This document shows, piece after piece, positions 49,435-62,639 of a stretch of DNA of 64,000 nucleotides (positions are counted from its first letter, which is position 1; the number at the start of each line of letters is the position of its first letter). The position numbers and the translations under genes are program-made. The DNA comes from Blasia pusilla (taxonomy: Eukaryota). Where the stretch lies: NCBI GenBank assembly GCA_050084515.1, contig CM114271.1, positions 12,090,001 to 12,154,000 of the forward strand, read 5' to 3'. Under the pieces are notes generated by a model that saw nothing but the letters and a program-made list of their open reading frames with translations, was not told the origin of the DNA and did no database searches.

Positions 49435-52400
49435 TCTAGGAGCCCAATTTCCACCTGACCCTTGCTGCTACGAGATAAAGGCATGACTCCACGCCTACCT
49501 CATGAGGTCGTCGACACTCCTTTATAGCTCTCGAGTCGTACCCCACAATGGTGAAGAGGTTTCACCAACATGGGAAGAGACACCTGCCATGGCCTGTCTC
49601 TCCGTGGGACTATCCGCTACTAGGACATCCTCCGCATGTGCATTCCCCTCCAACAACTCTCCTGGCTAGCTAACACTTCTTGTGAAAGCTTCCAATGCGG
49701 TTTGAGACTCGTCTCGTGGTCGACCACCTTGTCCGCAAATTGCACGGGTAACTGATTCATCCGCCCGTCACCTGACCGCCACCCTGGCCGATAAGCAACA
49801 GTCTCCTCCCAGAAGTCAAGGATGAATCCTAGGGGATATAGCACTATACTCCCCACCAACACATCGTACGACTTAGCTGGTGTCATAATTGCACGTGTGC
49901 ACACCATCGCACTATCCATCGCATGCTCTGACTGGACTCAAAAGCTATCTCCTGTCGAGTCATATACTGTGTGGGTGACACACCCGCAATCAAGGTCAGT
50001 ATATGGAAGGGACAAGGCTCAATGTCGGCCTTCCGTAAACCCTACGCTAAACACGTCGCCTTCCCTAACATCAAGGGCTGCACTCCTGAATCAAGTAGGA
50101 CATGCTGCGGGTGGTACACTATTCTTGTCGGATTAACCAAGCAAAATACTCCAGCTCGGTTATCCAATAACACCACGCCAGGTGTCACCATGGCCTGCTC
50201 TATGGTCGATCGAGCTGACATATCTACCAACTTTGCCGTTGCCGCATGCCATGATTCTGTCGGGGACGTCTCAAGCACTTGCTCCGAGGGCAAGTCCACC
50301 ACCTCCTCAACTACCTTTGAATGAGAGGCAGTCATCTCTCCATGCTCACACAATGTGGTGGCTAGCCAAAACACCTCGGCTGGTCCAACTCCCAACGTCG
50401 TCAACTCTTTGGCAAAAACTAATGGAGCCTGGCTCACCCTGGTGGCCAACTCCAACACTGTGGTCGACACTGACTCCACTCAAGCAGGCATAGGAGTTGC
50501 CACTCCAGCTGACCTGTAGGCACCAAAGGTCGTCGAGGCACCATCGATGGTGTGTGTAGTGCCTTTGACAATGTGAACGACTTTGGAACCTTGGTCTCCC
50601 GCCCATCGGTCCCTTCCAATGGGTCAATCTCAACTCCACCTATTGATGGCTCACTGCCTCTCACAGCACCCCAAGTCACCATTGTAGTAGCCTCAACCTG
50701 AGCCGCACTACACATAAACCCCATACTAGCAAGATCCTCACTCGGTCAGGGTAAGAGATAGAAGTTGGAGCCACACTAGCTTCTCTCGGCTCGTGCCTTC
50801 CCTGAGATGCATCATCGTCATGGCAGCAATCTTGTGCTCCAATTGATCGATGCGCGAGAGAAGCGCCGTCTCTGATGCTCCCGCTCCATCTCTTGTGGTA
50901 GGTGGTGGTCCTCTACCACCACGTCCAACAACAACTCCTCGACCTCCTCCAAGACGACCTCTTGGCCTACCTCTAGACGTGCCTCTTGACGAAGGTCAAA
51001 ACATCTATCCCTAGTGTGACCATATCTGTTGCAATAGTCACACTGGTATTGTGGTGGGGCCCTCCTCTGTGGTTCTTGAGCAATCGGAGGTGCTCGTGGT
51101 CCTCTCCCATGTTATGGGTAGTCTATCTGCCTATGGGCCCCTCCACACATCCAATAAGACAACATCGGTCCCTTCTAGGCAACATGTGTATGTACGGGTT
51201 GTTGCCTCGTAGGCTCATGGTACCCGCCCTGCTCTCTAGGCACATTGGTCCGCTCCCATGGTACCGGTGCTTGTTGTGGCATTTGTGGGATCACCATCTC
51301 TCGTGGACCTGTCGACTCTCGAAAAAAATCCAGCGGTCACTACGTGCTCCTCACTCATGTTGAGCTCAATACGCTCAAACAACTCAAAGACCACCTTCAA
51401 TATGGGCTTCTCTGTGTGAATCAACACCACATCTTCGACTCTCCTCCGTAGTTCTCGGTCCAGAACTCGGTACCAATACTAGACTCACTGCGCCTCAATT
51501 ACTCCATAAGTAGCAATGATCAGCCTCCTCATGCGCATGAATGTCTTTCTCAGACTCTCACCTGATCGTAATTGAAAATCCTTAGACTCTTCAACTTGTC
51601 AGTGCGTACGCCCTAGTAGCTCTTCCCCAACTGTCGGAAGGACTCCACTGTGGGACTGAAGCTGGGTGGCCCTCTACCACCAAAGGTCTCTGCCACATTG
51701 CTTGTCTCACTGCCCTCCTCTCCATCTAGTCTCCGGGCTGATGATGTGGGTCTCTCTCCTCTCACAATCCCATCATATGCCTCACGATCACTAGTGGTCA
51801 CATACCCAAGAGCCTAATACATCCTCAAGACATCAATCTCTATTGAATATAGTGATCAAAACTCCATGTAATCATCCATCGGGGGACCCTCCAAGTGCTG
51901 GAACAACACCTTCCATGCCATGAAAGGGTTGAACCGTGTCGGGGTCCGTATCTCCTGGAAATTGCACCACGTGTCAAACTCCTCGATGAAGTCATCTAAG
52001 TCGATGGTTCCCACTACACTCGAGAAACGATGCATGCTCCAATGGCCTATGTAGTCCATCTCTTGCCAAGTGACACTGTCTCTATCTGCAATCTCATCAC
52101 CAGACCCGCTGTCCAATGATGACGATCCAGCCACGGATGGAAGTCGAGGTAGCTCCTCACTCGTAACCTCTCAGTATCTCACTCCACTCCGTGTCACACC
52201 ACTACTACTGCTCGCACTACCATGCTCTTTCGAACCCGGGAAGAACGCCGTGATGACAACCTTGTCTCACTTGCTCAAGCACTCAGACTCACCAAGAGTC
52301 TCGCACACTCCTCACTTGCTCACCTATGCTAATGGTAATCCTATGACGACACATCGGCCTCACGCACACTCAACACTCGGGCTCACCATGAGCCTCCCAA

Positions 52401-55400
52401 CTAACTCACCTAAACTACTGACACTCTCGAGTCAGACACGTGACCCCTATTCGGCAACCTCCGTATATCCACAGACATGCTACACATGTATGGAGACTAC
52501 ACTCGTCACCATTGCTACACCCATCTAGCTCCATCAACTACCCGATACCAAGCACTCTCAATCACACAAGATAAGCGTGGGAAAAGGAAATCGAATCGAT
52601 AACCTCCAATCTACGGCACCGTCAACACTCACTCCTCCATGTGGTATGGAAACCTCCGCAACACGACACTCTCCTCAACACATGTCAAACCTCTTATCAA
52701 TGGATGCAGACTACCTGTCGGCATCGACATGTGTGTCTCCATCACAACCCTCGCAAGTCCCAGTCGGTGAAGAACTAACGAGTCGACCCCCAACCGACTC
52801 GTAATAACTGCCAAACTTCCGTTGTGAATCCCACCATGCTCGCAAAACACCAAATCTCACCAATGCTCTCCCACTACGTAACTTAACTCGACCACGTCCG
52901 ATCCCAACCATGGTTGCCTATCTACCACGTCGCCCCTGCCTCTACCACGTCGCCCGCACCACTACCATGTCACCTTACTACGTCCACCTTGGCCCCTAGT
53001 ACATCCGCCGCCCTGCCCCTACCACATCTGCTTCTATTGACCACGTCTGTCATGTATCACGTTCGCCCCTACCGACCACATCTGCCCCATACCACGTGTG
53101 TCCCTCTTACCACGTCGGGAAGGCACCGTCGATGGCGCTCCCAACCACGTGTGAGGGGGGAGGGGGTACATGGAAGGGAAGGGTCGCGGCTCTACGGCTC
53201 ACCGCCCCTGGCTCCGTCCGCCTCTGCCTCATCCCGCCTTCCATTCACCTCCACCCCGGCTCTGACTCGCCATCACATGCGACCTAACCCTAGCCGCGCC
53301 TAGCCCTAGACGCCTTTGCAACCCTAGCGCCCCAGCGGCTACAAGCTCTCAACGTGCTTCTTTCTCTACACTCCCGCTCTGCGCTATTCTCTTGACGCTC
53401 CAACAGTACTCTGCGCTACACCCAAGCGCTCTTGCTCGACCCCCACTCTGCTGTTGTCCCTCCTCATCCGCACCAACAAGATTTGAGAAGAAAAATGGAG
53501 AGTGCTTCCGCGCACAGCTTTTTGAACGAAAAAATGACAACAAAATGCCAACCAGCATATCCAAGGGCTATCCACCAAGGCAACCCGCTTGCCTACTTGC
53601 AAACAACAAATTCCCACCAACCCCTTGATATCTTTCTCATGTAAAAATAAAGACTAGTAAAAACCGGCACACCCGGCCTAAAACTTCACTCCTCAATCTA
53701 CGTCGGCATATCAAGGCTCGTCCACCTTGTGCTATCAAGGAATCCAGATGCTAGCACCTAGTCCTAACTCACACACACGAGCAAGAATGGTACTCCAATG
53801 GCCCAACATGAGAAAGATGGCTTGGGAAAACCATCTTCCTTCCTTATATAAGGTTGGGAAGAGCCAAAAGGCTCTTCCCCTAAAAATAGCTATCCTCCTA
53901 GTAACTTGCACGCACAGGTTACCAAGGGCAGATGACCTTCTCAACAAGTCATCCGGTTGTGAAAAACCTCAACACAAAAGTTGTCAGAAACAACGTTCCT
54001 GACACAAGAGACCTATCCTCAACCTCATCTGACACTTCGGGACAAAGTTACACTCAAGAAAATCCGCTGGCTCTTATGCCCTATCCACGATAGATCTCGG
54101 CCTATCGGCCACTCAGATGTCATAGAGCACATGTAGTGCAACATGTCCACGAGGATTTGGGCCATTTTGGAGTAAAACGTACTTACAACTTACTCTAGGT
54201 TCAATAATGGTGGGGTGACGTGCATACTAAGGATCGACAGTTTGTAGACATGTTCATGATATATGACCGAGTGCGAGCATCCTTCAATGCTCCCACTCTA
54301 CATTTGCATTCTTTTCCGGTTATGGTTTTAGGTTATTAGTGGAGTCAAGACTTTGCACGACCTTTGCCATTGACAGGGTGTCATCCTAGGTACGTTTGGT
54401 CATGGTGGAGCATTTCTTCAAGTGGATAGAGTAGGTGGCACTTCCGGACAAGACGAGAAAGGGAATGGCGTATGCATTTCTAGATTGTATGCCTAATCAT
54501 TTTGGTGCACTAGAGGAGGTGTTGATTGACCAAGATACCGAGTTCAAGGGAGAGTTTCAGGCCTTCTGTTTACTAAACTTTTCTAGTTACAACGGGTTAT
54601 TGGCCCAAGCTTCCCGGTCACAAGTTATGTCCTTTGCTTCACCATGTACTAACGTATGTGCCTATCTTGCATCCATTTGAAGTCTCAAAACGCCTCTTGC
54701 GCGTGTTCAAGATTTGCCTCCGCAATCCAAGTTGCCTCTTTCACATGGCAGCCTTTCTACTTGACCAAGTACTCATACTTGGTGGCTCTATGTCTCGAAT
54801 GTAGAATGCTCTCCACTTCAAACTCTGGTTCCTCATTTCTGATGACCGGTTGTGGTCTCAACACAATCCTTTGTTCCGGACGCACATTGTCTTGAAGACA
54901 CTTCTTCAATAATGACACATGGAAAGTCGGGTGAATATTGAACTTGTTGGGAAACTCCAATATGTACACATCCGCAAACGGCTTTGCCTTGATCACATAC
55001 GGTCCAACATACTTGGCTGAAAATTTCGTGGACAATTCCTTTGGAAGAGTGAGATTCTTTACACTCAACCACACTTGCTTCCCAACTTGGAAACTCACTT
55101 GGTGCAGAATTTTGTTAGCATGCTTCACGTACATTAGTTAAGCCTTGGAAAGAAAACTCCTTGCTCGCTCTTGTCGTTCTTGCATTTCCACAAACGAACA
55201 TTTTGCCGAGTTATGAGTGTGTGACGATGTAGTGCCCCTCGAAAGGGCCAAGTCAAGAGGCCCTTCTGGTTCTCTTTGATACGCCAGAAGAAACGGAGAT
55301 TCTTCGGTTGCAGAATACTTGGTCAAGTTGTAACAATACTCAGCCATACTAAGCCACTTTGCCCAATCTCTTTGGTCCGCACTCACGTAATTCCTTAAGT

Positions 55401-58400
55401 ACTGGTTCACGACCGAGTTTACTTTTTCCGTTTGCCCATCCGTTTAAGGATGGAAGGCCGTACTAAAGCTGATTTTGGTCATGAACCTCATGAATAGATG
55501 TTTCCAAAAGGCACTGGTAAAATTCGGATCTCAATCAGACACAATGCTCATAGGCAATCCGTGAGCTCGCCACCAACCATCCAAGAATAGTTGGAAGCTC
55601 GTGTAGGCCGTCGCAGAATCTCTCGTCGGCACAAACCTCCCCAACTTGCTAAACCGATCAACTATCAGTCTATCACAAGTATAGTGTTGTATCCCTCAGA
55701 TTCTGGAAGACTCGTAATGAAATCCATGCTAATGCTTTGCAAGGGTCCCTTCGGGATCAGCAAAGGACGAAGTAAGCCTTGCTTCTTTGCATAAGAAACT
55801 TTGTTTGCCTGACAGGTCACGCAGGTCTTCATATATTGAGCAACATCTTCCTTCATGTTGGGCTAGAAGAACCTCTTGGCCAAAACAACAAGAGTGGATT
55901 TCTTCCCTTTGTGTCTTGCCAAAGATCCATCATGAAATTCCACAAAAACTTTGGTCCATAGCTTGCCTTGGCCTACATAGATCATGCTATGCTTAAACCT
56001 TAGCAAGCAGTGCCTCAAACTTAGATTGGCCACCTTCTCGCCCTGCTTCAACTTCCCAAGGTACTCACTCGCTTGCGCATCCTTCACGTATCCATCAGGA
56101 ATCATTCTTTCCAGATCTGTTTCATTAGTTAACATTGCTTTCAAGACTTATGTCGTTGATGGCATATGCTCATCCCTGCAACTTAACGCATCTGGAATGA
56201 CATTGTCTTTCCTTGGCTTGTGGATTAGCTCCACATTCGTCAACGCCAAGGTATCATGCCATCAAAGTTGCTTCGGTGTTAAGCAATCCTGGGTCTCAAA
56301 ATACTTGAGCGATATGTTATCGGTGAATACTCGAGTCTTGTGAAGTCCCAGATAGTGATGCCACTTCCTCAAGCAATGAATCACTGCGAACAACTCTTTC
56401 TCATGAGTGGGCCATCTCCTTTCAGTGCCGCTAAGCTTCTTGCTCTCGTATGCTACAGGTCTCCCTTTTTGCACCAACATTCTTGCAATCACAAAATCAC
56501 TAGCATCAGTGTGCACCTCGAACGGTTGGGCAAACTCTGGCAGCTTCAGAACTGGTTCCTACGAGAGGATCTCCTTGACTCCGTTGAACGATTTATCCAC
56601 TTCCTTGGTCCATGTTGTGTTGGAAAACTTGGCGGTCCAATCTGTGAGAGGTTTCACTATTCCCGAAAAGTTCTTCACGTATGTCCGGTAAAACTAGACT
56701 GCTCGGATAAACTTGCTCATCCCCTTCGCAGTGGAAGGCGGTTCCCATTCGGAAATCACGCTTACCTTCTCCATGTTTGGACTCACTCCATCTGCACAAA
56801 CCACATGCCCCAAGAACTTGACCTTCGTCAAACCAAATTGACTCTTATCCGCATTTGCATACAACTTGTTTGCACTGAGTTTCTCAAACATTGTCTTTAA
56901 ATATCGAGCGTGCTCCTCTAGTGTTTTTGAATATATGAGTATATCATCTATGTAGATGATCTCAAACTCATCCTTCTCCTTATGAAAGATGGATTTCATC
57001 AAAGTGGTGAACGTCAAAGGTGCATTAAAAAGACCAAAAGGCATTACCACAAACTTGAATGAACCGTATCTCGTCCTACACGCAGTCTTCTCTACATCCG
57101 CTTCAGCAATCTGAATCTAATAATATCTTGATTTCAGGTCAATCCGGCTGAAATACTTGGCACTTGATAATCAATCAAAGAGGTCATCCATCCTCGGAAG
57201 AGGATAGTTGTTCCTTACCATCACTTTATTCAGCGCTCGGTTATCAACACAGAGTCTCAACTTTCCATCTTTCTTCTTCACAAAGAGAACAGGTGCTCCA
57301 TAAGGTGACTTGCTAGTTTGGATCTAATCCCTCTCTAGGAGTTCACCCAATTTTTTCTTCAACTCAGCAAGTTCTTCTTGATTCAACCTATATGGCGCCT
57401 TTGAAGGTGGTTGAGATCCGGGTATCACCTCTATCTCATGATCAAACGCCCTATGTGGTGGCAACTCAATTGGAAGCTCCTTAGTCAAGATATCTCCAAA
57501 TTCTTTCATAATTATCTTGAGTGTTTCAGGGATTCCCCTTGAAGCTGAGTTTTGATCTTTGCATCTCGCGCTTGCATCATCCTCTACTTGTCTCATCAAG
57601 CAAAGGAATCCTTCCTCTAACTCCGTCAAACTCGTCGTCGTGATGGCATTCACCAACTCTGTCTTTGTAGGAACCTCACGAAAAAATCCAACGTCCGTCC
57701 ATTTTCCGTTAACCAAGATGCTCAATCTCAAAAGTCTTTGCCTTAGTTCCACCTCATACGCATCCAAGAACGTGTTCTCCAAGACTCCATCGATTCCGTC
57801 CATGTCGCAAACTGTGAAATTCTCCTTCAACTCCAATACTCGGCATCCCACAACTAGCCCTAAAACCAGCTTTGAGGTCTGGTGGGATTTGCCTGCTGCG
57901 AATCCTACCCTAATGGGTTCATCCGCCTTAGTGGTTGGTAATCCCAATGTCTTCACGATTCTCGGGCTTAAGGATGAGTGTGAAGCACATGTATCAACGA
58001 GCAACATCACATTGCAATTGGCAATCTTGGATCCTAGGTAAACCAAATTGGGCGTTCTCTTGGTGACTTGGAGAGATGTATCTAGATCTCTCGCCGATAA
58101 GTGCTTAGTAGCAAAAAAAATCATACTCGGTTTACTAACCTTGGGCCTCATACATTCCTTAGCCATATGCCCGGGTTCGCCACAATTGTAGCAAATCACT
58201 TTGGCGTTTTCTGACTTTGAGAACGGCAGACCTCTTGGCTTCGCGTTGAGTTCCACTCATTTTGCTATTGGGGAAAGAGACCCTCCGTGGTCACGCTCAT
58301 CCCCATTCCAAACCCTCTTGGATGCCCCTTTGTTTTTTGGTAACTGAGAAACACTTTTCGACTTAAAGGGTTTTTGGTTTTGGACGTCATCATCCCCTAT

Positions 58401-59320
58401 CTGCTCTGCTAACCTCAGAAGCTCCGCGCATGTCTGTGGAATGTGAGACATACAAAAGAGGGCCTTTTTGGCCCTCAGTTTTAGCCCACTTAAGAAGATC
58501 ACCTTCTTTGTAAACTTTTTCGTGGAAAGTGAGCTCATTTGTGTAGTGAACTTTTGCACATAAGCGCTAAGAGATCCGCTTTGGCGCAACCTCACAAACT
58601 CCATACCATCGCGATACTCCTGATATTCCGGAGTGAATCGGTTACCAATCAGCCCCTTGAAATCTTCCCAACTCAAAGTTCTTACCTCGCCCAAATGTTC
58701 TTTACGGTGAGCCGTCCACCAGTGGAGAGCGTGATCCTTAAAAAACGTGACCGCTACAATCACCTTGTCTTGCTCATCTGCCCTTTGCGCTTCGGAGTAA
58801 AGTTCAAGTTCCGTTAGAAACTTGCTCACTTTTTGAGAGCGCCCCATTCCTATGAATGGTGTTGGAAAATTTGTCTTACAAAGCTTCTTGCCAAAACTAG
58901 AGGCTCCATTCGACTTGAGTTCTATAATCACCTTGCTCTGTTCGGCCATCTGGTTGGCCATCACCTTCATCAAATCCATCATTTGGATATAAAAGGCTGG
59001 ATCGTTTGAGTTTGGAGCCGAAGGCCACGCGGAAAGATTGGCATTTGGAACATCCTCATGTCTGGGACTTGGCACTTCAAGAGTCGCTATCTCCACCTCT
59101 GGCTCACGGTCCGTCATTGATTCGTCTCTCGAATTTTTTTATTTGACTCGCGGCTTCCTTGGTTCTTCGCCCTTGGTCACCATTTGCGAGTCCTTGCTTT
59201 CTCAGATCTCCTCCTTATCTCTTGCATTCCTCATTGAGCATCACGGTCTTCTAGCCACCTGGAGTCCTTCCTCAACCTCCAAATCTTCTATGATCCCAAG
59301 TTCACACTCACCAAGGATTT

Positions 59321-59332
59321 GCTTTGATACCA
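59321..59332 (-). promoter_or_regulatory. tRNA-Met primer binding site of the chromovirus
   Basis: gctttgatacca on +, 2 nt from the LTR end. Confidence 0.88.
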
Positions 59333-59774
59333 CGTGTCGTGTGCCTACTCTCTTTGAACGTTAATCTTTGTTGTTGCGGAAGCGTGCATTCAGTAGGTCA
59401 TGCTCTCAACGTTGATCTACATCCAAACACGCACTTTGGTTAGTCGGGTCTGGATCAATCAGCGGGCTAATTTTTGAGTTCTCGTCTCGGTCTCACATTA
59501 AGCTCAACTTTCCTAGTTTCACGGTTTACAAAACAGGCAAGTCTCAAAAGACTTGGGACAAACTTTTTGGTCGGTTCAAGAACCTCAAATTTTTTTCGTG
59601 CCTGACGGTTCCAAATATCTGATGGACATCCAATGAGTCCCTAACCGAGACTCACACAAAATGAATCATGGGTCGAAATCCAAGTGTGGCGTACAAAATT
59701 CCTTGGATCACGTTTGGATTTCGAGTTCCAACGCCAAACTCCCGTTCCATCCCGTGCCCTTGAGATGTTGTTTG

Positions 59775-61312
59775 TATTGGATTCTCAACATCCACTCCTC
59801 TGAGCACCATTGATTTGATCGGCCATTGAGAGAAGGGTCTCATGAAGAGTCCTTCAGAAGCAAATTTGTATGTGTTTTGCGAAGATGGGATGTATATGTT
59901 GATAGTCTTGTATGTGGACGATCTGATCATCACAGGAGACCACAGTAAGAAAATAGAGGAAATGAAGGGAGTGTTGGAATCTGAGTTTGAAATGTCAGAT
60001 TTAGGTCTTCTGCACTACTTTATAGGATTGGAAATTTGGCAACAGTCAGATTCTATTTTTCTCTCTCAGCAGAAGTATGCTAGAGAAATCTTGAAGGCAT
60101 TCGGGATGACCGAGTGTAAGGCAGTGGTCTCGCCAATGGAGGTAGAGTTGAAACTCTCGATGGAGGATGTTTCACCATTGGTAGATGAAAAGATGTACAG
60201 AAAGCTTGTAGGCAGTTTGATATTTTTGTGAAACAGTAGACCAGACATTAGCTTCGCTGTGGGAGTATTGAATAGGTTCTCAACTAAGCCTCGTGAGAAT
60301 CATTGGAAGGCAGGGATGCGGGTGTTGAAGTACATCAAAGGCACTATCGAGTACGGCATCACCTATGGAGCAGGGACGGAAATGACAGGTTTTTGTGACT
60401 CAGATTGGGCAGGAGATTTAGATTCTTGAAGATCAGTTTCGGGTTATTGCTTCTTGGTAGGATTAGGTGTGGTGTCATGGGTCAGCAAGAAGCAACCTAC
60501 AGTGGCTCTTTCTTCTACCGAGGCAGAGTACAAGGCGGCTTGTTATGCTTCTTGGGAAGAAATATGGTTGAGATGGATACCGGAGGACATAGGAGAAGCA
60601 CCAGAAAGTGCTACTGTAATGTGGTGTGACAATCAGAGTTACATTGCCATAGCACATAATCCTGTGTTTCATGCTCGTACGAAGCACATAGAGATCGAGT
60701 ACCATTTTGTTCGTGAATTGATCGAGAGAGAGGTTTTGAAGTTAGTCTATTGTCCAACAGAGGATAACCGTGCATACATCTTCACGAAAGCCTTGAGCGG
60801 AGATCAGCTTCACCAACATCTGAAGGGTCTTGGCATAGGTCCAAGACAGTAGTCCACATGAGAATGGATATTGAGGGGGTATTGGATTCTCAACATCCAC
60901 TCCTCGAGCACCATTGATTTGATCGGCCCCCTTGTATGAGGAGAAGCCTAGATCGATGGTTCCGACGTAGACGTCGAAGGAGTCATAGTAATATGACGTA
61001 GGTGGTTTACGGAGTAGCGTTACTAGGTTTATCTAACCCTATATTGCATCAGGGTGCGGGGCACCCTGATGCAATATAGGTTGAAATTTTTTTCTATTAA
61101 TAGAAATGAAGAAAAATAGGTAAAAACCCTATGTTTCCCGAGTAGTCAAATAGTCGGGAGCCGCAGCGGTAGCGCATTCTCGTATGTCGAGTTATCTCCC
61201 AGTTCAGGTTCCATCGAAGCTCTTCTGTGAGCGCACGGACGGACTAGGCCACTTTGTATCTCTAAGTTTTTGTAAAGATTTCAGTGATTTAGTCACTTTC
61301 TGTTTTCTCACA
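59775..61312 (+). mobile_element. Internally deleted Ty1/Copia element
   Basis: TSD GTTTG (59770-59774 and 61313-61317); 5' LTR stub 59775-59824; RT YVDDL; RNaseH SSTEAEY...HARTKHI; PPT gaggggg; 3' LTR 60880-61312. Confidence 0.92.
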
Positions 61313-62639
61313 GTTTGGTGCTCAAAGTGAGGATTCATGTTCTAAGTCATCTTGGAGAGACTCCTCCCTTACAAGTACTTCTAGAGATATCCGAGGTTCC
61401 CCTAACTTTAGGGAAGGACAGTCGGGCCCCTCAAAGTGCCCCTCAACCTGATTGCTCTCACAATCATTTTTGGCCAATATCTTAGTCACTACTTATGCAT
61501 TTTCTAAGATCTTTGTGCGTTGGAAGCGCCTCAAGATAAGCTTTCCAACACGCCCTTATTTATCCCAAACGCATCTTGGGGCTAAACTTTATGGTTCAAA
61601 ATATAGTCAACTTCCCCAAACGCTAGTCGCGTTCCTAAACTGGTTCTCACCTCTTTGGCAACCAACCTTCCAAGACTCAACTCATCTCAAGTCTTGGATC
61701 TCGTTTGGTCTAAGTTTCCTGGTTGCGACCACTAATGCATAAAATGCACAACTCTATTCCATGTTTTGTCTTTTGGACTTTTCCAAGAGACCTTCCAAAA
61801 GCCTCTCCAAAGCGCGATCATCGCAACGTGAGTCCACTTGAGTTATGATGTTCCGCTTGGCGCCTATTTGGTGTTCGTTTGGTTATGAGGGTTGCGATAG
61901 ATCAAGTGCTTATAGATTACCGCACCATGGCCAAAGATCATCTTGAGGATATGGGTTGGCGGAGAAAGTAGTACAGACGGTGAAGAGAGGGTTACGAAAG
62001 TATGGCTTGCAGCAAGGACATTGGAGGGATTGGGACCTATATTAGCTATGGTTGGCTATGGGTTATCGCTTCAGTTGGCATGCATCCTTGGCATCTTTTT
62101 CATCATACTTTTTACTCTATGGGAGATAGTCCGATTTATGTGCGGCTATTTGACTTGAGATGGCGGAGGTGTTGGATCTTGATGACCCAGATGTGTGGGT
62201 ACAAGCATGTTCTTGGAGGGCCGAGATTTTTTGTAGAGTTATGTCCATGGGATTAGAGAACTTAGGTGTTGCTCAACACAAGGATACATTGAGGTACACG
62301 ATCATTCATGGAGGAGGTTATCGCCCAAGGATTAGGAGGTTCCCTCCTGGAGATATGTGTATTTATAGTAGGCGTCAACCATGACGTTAGATGTCAATGC
62401 AGGGCGCACAATTTTTCATGTGAGCGAGGTGTTATCAACCTGAGTCATCACATTGGAGGGAATGTTATGGTTTGGCAAGATCATGTGCGCAACTATGTGC
62501 CACACCATCTTCTCAATGTGGACACGATAGTGGATCTGTGCTGGGCAAGGGTACTTACGGGCTTGAGGTGTATGTTGTGCGGATCTGCGAGGGGTGTTGC
62601 CACCATGTTGGTGTGTGATTGTTGTTCTTGAAGGTGGGC

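Larger units (their letters stand above)
40984..54124 (-). mobile_element. Element E2: near full-length decayed DNMT/PHD Gypsy-type element with split direct repeats, inserted in the E3 integrase
   Basis: X 53643-54124; leader; gag 52251-~50800; protease ~50100; DNMT 49434-48440; RT 47950-47130; RNaseH 47116-46590; integrase; PHD ~45131-45240; PPT 45017-45027; Y 44879-45016; X ~44420-44876; terminal X tail and Y 40984-41304; degenerate TSD gagg/gagc. Confidence 0.88.
54570..61899 (-). mobile_element. Chromovirus (Ty3/Gypsy with chromodomain); 3' LTR lost, 5' LTR interrupted by a Copia
   Basis: 5' LTR 59335-61899; PBS TGGTATCAAAGC (initiator tRNA-Met) 59321-59332; gag 58257-59117; CCHC; protease LLVDT; RT YIDD; RNaseH DAS; integrase; chromodomain EFEVESIL...YEYLVK*KG...ATW ~54690-54830. 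Confidence 0.92.
38840..62635 (+). mobile_element. Element E3: truncated copy of the DNMT/PHD family, split into 38840-40983, 54125-54568 and 61900-62635 by nested insertions
   Basis: RT and RNaseH at 39300-40600; the integrase frame resumes across both insertions (VPHPSH|RAHVVQHVHEDLGHFG and EFQAFC|DQVLID); partial PHD LRCMLC...VCDCC. Confidence 0.85.

Noticed and set aside
40984-54124. DIRS/PAT/Ngaro classification based on the split repeats
   Set aside because: No tyrosine recombinase motifs; an aspartic protease and an HHCC-DDE integrase are present and the ends are TG...CA
58254-58262. Programmed gag-pol stop readthrough in the chromovirus
   Set aside because: The TGA lies upstream of the Gag zinc knuckle and the element has many other stops; a CGA or TGG decay mutation is simpler
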